This document shows positions 54,789-64,000 of a stretch of 64,000 bases of DNA, piece after piece. The notes under the pieces were generated by a model that had not been told where the DNA came from, searched no databases, and was given only the letters and a program-made list of their open reading frames with translations. Each line of letters opens with the position of its first letter. Position 1 is the first letter of the stretch. Source of the stretch: the human T2T-CHM13v2.0 reference genome, Homo sapiens; NCBI RefSeq assembly GCF_009914755.1, contig NC_060935.1, one strand, 5' to 3'. Both the position numbers and the translations under genes were made by a program.

Positions 54789-55650
54789 TCAAACATTCAG
54801 GGCAGCTCTTTGGAAGAAATAAAGAAGACAAGAACGTCATACAGATTTATTAAACAAACATTTGTGTTTGTTTATGCTAGAAGAGCTGGGGGGTTGCGTT
54901 TTTTGCCAAGAGCACCCCTAACAGTTAAGAAAGTGCGAAGGGAGTCATTGCGAAGGCAGCCAAAGACCGAAGCGGCGCCCTGCAAGTTCTTCCCAAGTCC
55001 TCTTGGGAAAGGCGAGCCTGAGAGGGAGAGGCGCTTTTCACCAAAAGGTGTTTTGCAGAGGGCGGGAGGGAGCTCCCCGCTTCCAGCTCCCGGAGTGGCC
55101 TGGAGCCTGTGCCCAAAGGTAGGCATGGTGGAGCGGTTGGAATCTGGTTCACAGCAACCAGCCAGGGTCTTGTGAACAACCCTTCAGCCGTCAGAAGTTC
55201 TCGCCAAAGGGTGCTTGGAGAGGGCTGGCCTTTGAGTGGAGTTTATGTTGCAATTGTTCTTTCTTGTTCTTTTCAGTCCAATGTGAAAACAAAGGGCATA
55301 ATTGGGTCTACTGGCCTGCGGGTTGTGGGTGCATTTCAGACTCTGGGCTGGGAAATCATGCACCCGTGTCGCATTCCCACTCCAGACGCCGCAGTTTTGA
55401 GGCGCAATGGGGCCTTTGGCCTGATCATACTCAGGAATCCTTTTAGGCCCTTTGGCCTAGAGGCCAGAGCCGGGGTCTGCAGAGACGCAGGCACTCTCTG
55501 TCCCCGCGAGCCCCACCACTGGGTTGCTGCTTTTGAGCCGGTTGCTTCGGGCCGGCAGCCCTTCTTATTTCAGCACAAAAGGTTTGAGGTGCATTGCTTT
55601 CTTTGGCGTAAAGCCCTTGCGGGGTCAGAGTGAAATCTCCGCCTTTTTTC
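54480..55650. other. Orphan CpG-rich region ~47 kb upstream of DBX1
   Basis: Local CpG enrichment in non-repeat sequence. Confidence 0.6.
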
Positions 55651-57029
55651 AGGAGCATTGCAACACAAAAGATTTAAGGGGGGAAATTGTTAAAAGGAAG
55701 CCCTTTTCTCTTTAGGCTGAATGCAGTGGGGAGATTAAAACTTTCATTGAGATTTTGTTGTATTCATGGTGGTGGGGCCGTGAATAGGGCTGGGCTAAAG
55801 CCCCCTGCGCTGGTGTGTGCCCTTTTATCTCCGGCACATCTTCAGACACAGGTTGTTTTGCACTTGAAAGAGAGGAAAGAGGGGAATGTGGGATTTTGAC
55901 AGCTGATATTGGCCTCTGAACTCTTGATGGGGATTTTCTAATTAACCCCAAGTACCCATCAGGTGGCCAAAAAGGAATGATTTCTGTCAGAAAGGGCAAA
56001 AAGTTTCCCATTTTGAGCAAATGGAAGGGGGAATGGTTAACATCCAGAGTAAGGAAATGTAGAAAGACCCTCAATGCAGAATCCGAAAAGCCAGCTGTCT
56101 GCAGGTTGGGTTGAGTGAAGTGTGGGGACATCAGTAAGAGAGGCTGTTAAGTACCATTTTGGCATCATCAGATTCAGAACACTTGGGAAAAGTAAATGTG
56201 GTTCCGGAGACTCAGAGAAAATAACTCCCTGTGCTTTTGAAAGCCAAGATCAGCTGAGAAGCTTGGGTGAAGAGCTCAAGCTCTTAGTTTTACCATTAGG
56301 TCTACATGAGAGATTCCCATTTGTTTGTTTATTGTAATTCTAGTTCCTACTTAAGACTCTTGGCCAAGACCCTAACATACCATACATGAACTGAAATAAA
56401 TTCCACATGGTTTTAGAGAAAGCACCTCCAGTGGTAGAAATAGCATATCAGCCTTTGTAAATGGAGCGAGAACTACTGATTCATCGGCTCCGAAGCAAAA
56501 CCATGTGGCTTGTTTTGGAACAAGTCCTAAGAAGGAATAATAAGTTTGAAGTTTGGATGATGAGCTGCCAAGCTCTAAGTCCCCTGGGGATCCAGATTCA
56601 GTGTTTTGGGGGATATGGTCCCTGGAAGGTACATGGTTGAACAAGGCCCCACACAGGTGATTCTTCTGATTGGGCCAAGCTCTAACACAGCGTTTCCCAG
56701 GTTTCTCTTATGATAACAACACTAAGCTTGTTTAAAAAAAAAACAAACAAATTTTGGGTGTCCATCTTCATACTGAAACAAAACTCCGGTGGATAGATTA
56801 TGGGGAAAAAATGTATATTTTTAACAAACTTCTCAGAGTGCTATGAAGGCCCCCAAATCTGATTTTTTTCCTATGCCACTGGTTGCTGCTTCTGAGCCTT
56901 ACAGATTCCTTTTTAAAATTTAAAATTTATTTTTAGTTGATAAATAATTGTATGTGTGTATGGAGTACAGTGTGATGTTTTGATCTATGTACACATTATA
57001 GAAAGAGTCACTTGAGCTAATTAACAGAT

Positions 57030-57720
57030 GCCTTTTCATCTCCCTGACCTCAAAATGTTGGAGAGCCCCATGGCTCAGTCTTGAGTACTGTTCTTTTTAG
57101 GCTTCACCTCCTGGGTGCACTCCTCCAGCCTTGTAGGTTTCTACTAGACACCCAGAGTTATACCTCCAGCTCAGTGTCCCCCTGAACCCTAGACTCTCTG
57201 TATATCTATTTGCTTGCTTGGTATCTCCACTTGGCCTTGGTCTTTGGTTTGGGGTATTCTCTCCCCAGGTATCAGAGAGAAGGCCAGTGTGCCTGGAGCA
57301 TGACATGCTATGGAAGAACAGTAGATAAGGCTGGAGTGGAAGACAAAAGCCAGCTCATGTAGAGCCCCTTAGGCCATAGGAAGGAGCCTAGGTTTTATTT
57401 GAAGTGACTTTGGGTGGTTTTAAAAAGTTCAGAGAGTTGGGGAGACATTACATGATCTATTTAAGGTTTTAAAAGGACACTCGGGCTGTCATTAGAAGAA
57501 GAAATTGTAGAAGGGCAAGAAATGCAGAAGATGGCAGAGCAGTTAGGAGTCTTTTGCAGTAGTCCAGGCAAGAGATAATTGTGGCTTAGTCAAAGGGAAA
57601 GGAGTGGGCAGTGGGGATAATTTTGAAAGGATGGGATTTAGAGCAGGAGGAACAAAAATCAGGATGACTCCCAGGTTTTTGGTTTAGTAATTTAGATGGG
57701 GGTGCCATTTACTGAGAGAA
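57030..57720. mobile_element. L2 fragments
   Basis: ttgcagtagtccaggcaagagat...ggatgactcccaggtttttgg...gtgccatttactgaga. Confidence 0.65.
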
Positions 57721-58798
57721 GTAGAAGACTGTTTTCTATCCATTTTCGTGTCATAACACATATACTAATTGATAATATTTGTAAGATTTAGCTGGATAAA
57801 CTAGAGGAGATTTGCAGATGTCTAAGGTGAAATTTTTCACTGTTTTTCTATATATGATACGATTATAAGAAAAATCAAATACAAAGTATTAGGAAGGATT
57901 TAAATCTCAAATATGTAACACATGTAAATACGTCAAAAATATATTTCAAATAAAATCTCTTAAAAATGTGATGAGAAACTTGTTTGGGAATATTGCTTGG
58001 GAACAAGGGGGAACATTGCTTCAATGATCAAGACTTGAAAAAAAAATGGTTTTAAGCTTGAAATAGCTTATACAATTCTAACAAAGACTACTTAACAATA
58101 AGCTCTTAAAATTCCTGAAAAACACAATCAGTGAAAACTTGTATTCACACAGGAAACATAAGTTAAACTATTTTTATCATCATTCAAAAATTTTAATAAT
58201 TGCAGTTAAATTTTAGAACTTTTAGTGCTAAAATCTTTGGTATTTTAAATGAATTTCAAATCCAATCAAATGTTTTCATTTACTGTATTTATGTGTTCAT
58301 TCAACAAATATTTATTGAAGATTACTATGTTCAGGTACTGTTCTAGCCACATAAATACGAAGCACTTCAAAATAATGAAACTCTAATTTGCAGAGTCTGC
58401 TTGCCTAACACACCAGCTCATTTGTTACAATATGTCATCTGACATATGGGAAAGGAGAGGGTAGAAACCACCACCTGGAGATGCACCTGTGTGGTCTCTA
58501 GCTCCCGCCTCCTTGGTCTGTAGCTCTCTACAGAGGTCTCCCGCCCTCTAGCTCTGGGCTCCTTGGGCACCTGAAATTCCTCTAGTATCTCCGTGGGTGC
58601 CCTGCAGCTGACTGTGAAAGGAGAAATCCAGGCCATGCTCAACTCACTGGGTGCTTGAGTAGATCCCATAAAGCCAGAGGTTGCTATCCCAGGGCCTCTA
58701 GTGGCCACCCTCACAGCCTAACATGATGCTACCGGTGGGTGCCACAGCACATTGGGTAAGGTACTCTGACCCAACCAGTTCTAGTCAATGAGCAGAAC

Positions 58799-59184
58799 TG
58801 TTATGAACTGACTTGTGTCCTCCCAAAATTCATATGTTGAAGCCATAACTTCCAATGTGACTATATTTGGAGAAAGGGTCTTTAAGGAGGTAACTAAAGT
58901 TAAATGAAGTCATAGGGCTGGGGCCCTAATTCAATGTGACTGGTGTTCTTCTAAGAAAAGGGAGAGACACCAGGGATGCAAGCCCAAAGAGCAAAGGCCA
59001 AGTGAGGACACAGCAAGAAGGCGGCCCTCTGCAAGCCAAGGAGAGAGGCCTCAGGGGAAACCAAACTTGCCAGCACTCATCTCTCGGACTTCCAGCCCCT
59101 AGAACTATGAGAAAATAAATTTCTGTTGTTTAACCCACTGAGTCTAAGGTATTTTATTATGGCACCCCCCAGCAGACTAATACA
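58799..59184 (+). mobile_element. MLT1A/B-type LTR
   Basis: tgttatgaactga...cccaaaattcatatgttgaagcc...gactaataca. Confidence 0.85.
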
Positions 59185-59200
59185 AGAATGGAGCCAAATG

Positions 59201-59372
59201 CAGTGGTTTTCAATCTTGGCTCCCTATTAGGATCACTGAGGAGCTTTAGGCAAATGCCTGGGTTCTACCCTCAGAAATTCTGATTTGATTGGCCAGCTGT
59301 GTAACCTGCCTATCAGGACACTTAAAAAGTTCCACAGGTGAGCCTAATGTGCAGGCAAGGTAAGAATCACTG
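59201..59372. mobile_element. MER5-type DNA transposon
   Basis: cagtggttttcaa...agaatcactg termini. Confidence 0.7.
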
Positions 59373-59449
59373 GGGCAATAGATAGAAATTTTAAGGAGAC
59401 AGATTTAATTATTTCTGAAAATAATCCAAACCTTTGTCTTGGGTCAACT

Positions 59450-60187
<738 letters not shown>

Positions 60188-61289
60188 CTACCGGCAGATG
60201 AACATCCATGTCATCACCCTCAACATGCATTCTCACTTCCACCTGACCCCACACTTGAGCACCCTGGATTGATATCTTACTGTGTCATTTCTGATCCCCA
60301 CCACTTATTTTCTCAGTTGCCTTATTTGGGTGTGTTTCTCTGTGGACTTCCAGGTCCTTACCATTAAAAGAAGAGGCTAAACTTGATGTGTTCTAAGGTC
60401 TTTTCCAGATATCAGATTTCTTAATTTTAACCAAATAAAAATATAGCTTCCTGACTGTAATAGGAGATGAGAATTAAGCTGGCCACTTCAAGCCATATCA
60501 AGTTCCTCTCTAAGAGAAAGACAGATTTAGCCAATGAGCTATGCTTATTTCTACACAAATTGAATTAGTGGAAACTGAAAGCATCACCTGCTGGAGCTGG
60601 CCATGACAGATAAAGGCTTTCTTAGAATGACTGCCTGGGAAAGCATACATGTATCATGAGTACACCTGCCAGCCTCGTTTGTAGTTTTTTTGCTGCTAGA
60701 TGCTTACCATCCTATAAGTCAGCACAGAAGAGAAAAGCAGTATTGGGCATGAGGATTATCTCTATATACCCTCTAATCAGTGCTAAAAACTGTGGACTCT
60801 TAGGGAAGGGGAGACATCAGAGGCCTTTCTGCTGTTAACCCTTAGGGCCTTGCCTGGAATGTGCCTTCCAGTATATTTTGTTCCTGATGGCCATGGATTT
60901 GGGGTCTCAGCCTGCTCTTGGGACTTAGGGTCCTGCCCCTAGCCCTTCCCTTTGAGATTCTCCCTTTCCTAAGTACAATTGCAGTCAGGTGCATCTCACT
61001 CTTTTGCACATTTTATGCCACATCTGAAACTAGACATAATACTTTGGCATTGAACAGTTTTATCACTGCTAATGTGCAGAAACGGGGAAAGTAACAAAAG
61101 TGGTCAACTTGAACATAGTGCAGTGATTTTAAGTCTTACAGGATTTTGGAATCAAAGCCTATGAACTAGTGTTCTTGCTTCTTTCTGAGATGAAAACTAA
61201 AAACTCAGCTGCACTTTCGTCCTCTGCATTTATCATCATCAGAATGGACATCACCAACTGTCCCTTCTCCCTGCAGACCTCTCAGATAC

Positions 61290-61797
61290 CATCAGTCAGG
61301 ATACTCCAGAGAAACAGACCAATTAGATAAATAGATTAGATTAGACAATTGCTATAAATATAGATGTAGATAGATACACATGTATACATATACATATGTA
61401 TTTATATATATATACATACACATATATGTGTGTTAAGATATTTATTTTTAAAAATTGGCTCATGAGATTGTGGAAGCTGCAAGTTTGAAATCTATAGGGC
61501 AGGCTGCCAGGCTGGAAACTAAGGTAGGAGTTGTTGTTATTGAATTCTTGAATTCTCAAGAATTCAGCCTTGAGACTGAATTTCTTCTTTGGGAAACTGC
61601 AGTTTTTGCTTTTAAGGCTTTCAACTGATTAGATGAGGGTCATCCATATTATTGAGGGCAATCTCTTTTATTTAAAGTGAACTGATTATATATCATAATC
61701 ACATCTACAGAACATACAGCAATATCTAGCTTGGAGTTTGATTAAATAAGTGGTTGCTATAGCCTAGCTAAGTTGACACATAAAGCTAGCTATCACA
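61290..61797 (-). mobile_element. MLT2-type LTR
   Basis: ctccagagaaacagacc...ggctcatgagattgtgg...aagttgacacataaagctagctatcaca. Confidence 0.8.
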
Positions 61798-62198
61798 GAC
61801 ACTAAGTGGCTAGCAACTTCTGGGTCCAACGTTTGCTTTGTGCTTGGTAATCTCTTGGGCTTTGGGAAAAAAACATATCTGGCCTTGGTTTCTTTTTCTT
61901 CAATGATCTGGCCTGTCTGTGGACATTGCCCCATTGAAAAACTGGTTTTGGAGGTCAAAGCCAAAGAGGCTTGGTACCGTAGAATGATATCGATGAAAAG
62001 GACTTGAAAAATGACCTATTCAAGCCCCTCAACTTACAAATAAGGAGATGGAAGCCTAACAAGGAGAGGCTATTTAAAGCCATTTATAATGACAATAGTC
62101 AAGAGACTGTGACCCGTGATCACACAAGGTCACTAGAGCCTTGAAATGCCTCATAACAATAATTGCCATGTTTTCCTAAACATAGCACTCGGGGACCA

Positions 62199-62271
62199 TG
62201 TGCTGGCCTGGGCGTGGGCGCCATCAGGCATATCATCAGCAGTGTTCACCAGTTGCCTACAAAAGAGGCTT
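62199..62271 (+). repeat. 73-bp donor segment, duplicated at 63266-63338
   Basis: 71/73 identical direct copy. Confidence 0.97.
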
Positions 62272-62779
62272 CTGGAGATTAGGCCTTAGCTAGATTACAA
62301 CCCGTTGGCATCTAGTGAATGTCATGTACTCCGAAAGCAGAAACACACTGGATGATGTTAAAATAAAACCATATAAGAGAAAAGGTGGAACTCTTCTGAG
62401 GAAAGAGGGAGGAAAATAGGTGACTGATCAGGGAGATCATGCCAGAACTTTAGAGCCTCCCTGCATTGTTCACAACTGGATTGGCCACCTCTTTGGCAGC
62501 CATTACGTGGGAACACCTGAATAGGTGGATGAATATGTGTGTGCATGCACTACAGCACCTGAGCTACTCCGTAAGATGTGAGCATGTGTGTAACACCTGA
62601 ATGCCTGTGTTGTTACATCCCTATGTGTGAGCTGTCAATGAACGCGTGCAACACTGGAGTGGGAGGTAAAACGCTGGACTGAGGGTGTTTAACATTGGAA
62701 TTTCTGTGGTACTATCAGGGTATGTGTAACAATTGCCTCCCCATCACACTCAGCAAATGGCCCCATTTTGGAAAGAAAT

Positions 62780-64000
62780 AGGAGTTATCAGATGAGAACT
62801 CTCCCAACTTCCTGCTCTGCTGCCTCCACTCCCACCAGCTTCTGTACTCATCCTCTGCCTCTTCTCTATAATAGGGGAATATTTCACTTTCTGTCTAAAA
62901 CCAAAACCTCTACCTGTGCTCCAATTCCACTGGATTCTCGCTCTTCAGGAAATGTCCCTATTGTTTCTCCTTTTCCGTCTCTTGGGTTTCCAATCTCTAT
63001 CTCCTGGATCTTTCTCTTTATTGTTTAAATGTGCTCAATTCTGTGCCATGTTAAACAACAACAACAACAGAAAACCCTACCTACTGCAATTACTGTCTCC
63101 CCTTCCTCCCTCTTCACAGCCAAACTTCTCAGAAGCTCTCTTCATCCTCACTGTTCCATTTTCCCACCTGCCACTCACCTCTCAACCACTCCAGGCTAGT
63201 ATGTAGCCTCATCATTCTATCAAAAGAGTACTTGATAAAGCCGCTGGTGACCTCTAAATGCTCATTGTGCTGGCCTGGGCGTGGGCACCATCAGGCGTAT
63301 CATCAGCAGTGTTCACCAGTTGCCTACAAAAGAGGCTTTTGTATGAAAATGCTCATTGGAAAACAATATGAAATATGAAAATGCTCATTGGAAAAAAAAA
63401 GCCACTAAATCCAAAGGGCATATTTTTTCCAATGAGCATTTTCATATTTTATTTTGACTTCTCAACAGCAGTAAACACTTCTCACCATGCTGTCCTGAAA
63501 GCATTCTTTCTCTTTCTCTATTTGGCTCCCCAAATAGAACATGTCTGGATTTCCTCCTCTCTCTCTGACTTTTCTTTCTCCCTCTCATTTATTGGCTCAT
63601 CCTCCTCCATGAAGTCCTTTAAATGCTGACATTTTTCAAAGTTCTTGAGCTCCCTTCCCTTCAAACACTAGACTTTCTCCATATTTGAGGCTATCTATGC
63701 CATGGCTTCAACTTCCCAGATGATCCTCCAGTATAAATCTCTAACCCAAATATCCCCTATCAGCTCTTGCATATCTAGCAGGCTGTTAGCATCTCCACTT
63801 AGATGTTTTCATGCTGTCTCAAACTCAACATGCCTAAATTTCATCTCATGCATTCCTGCCTCCCCTGCCCTTAAGACAATAGCAGCACCAACAAGAACCA
63901 GTTTTGTCTTCTTCTAGTGTCTTGTTTTCTTTGAGTGAATGGTATAAGCATCCATCAAACTATATAGGAGGAAATCTAGGAGACATTCTTGACATCCCTA
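62780..64000 (+). mobile_element. L2 fragment carrying a complex insertion
   Basis: ctcaaccactccag...atctccacttagatgt...ctcaaactcaacatgcc. Confidence 0.7.

Noticed and set aside
54810-56131. ORFs of 121-174 aa in the orphan CpG region
   Set aside because: No known domain; several use non-ATG starts; expected by chance at this GC level

Overview
Human/primate genomic DNA. The only protein-coding gene I can support is the homeobox gene DBX1 on the minus strand. It has 4 coding exons (6951-6585, 5920-5819, 3870-3668, 3204-2845) that splice at GT-AG junctions into a 343-aa protein. It sits in a CpG-rich domain (~2.7-10.7 kb) with a TATA/GC/CCAAT promoter. The remaining ~53 kb is upstream intergenic DNA: Alu, L1, L2, MIR, MaLR and ERV1 LTRs, DNA transposons, a two-LTR non-coding MER41A-type provirus (47103-53873) and several repeat-free candidate enhancer blocks. 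I see no new protein system; the other ORFs in the track look spurious. The most unusual structures were: (1) two local inverted duplications (~190 bp and ~340 bp arms) on either side of the provirus; (2) a complex templated-insertion scar with a perfect 27-bp hairpin at ~63.3 kb; (3) a tailless tRNA-Cys 5'-half retrocopy with a 15-bp TSD; (4) a tRNA-Glu-like cassette and a triplicated PBS/splice-donor unit inside the provirus; (5) a tight G-quadruplex with an in-frame GUG in the DBX1 5'UTR. Repeat family names come from recalled consensus sequences and identities were counted by hand.
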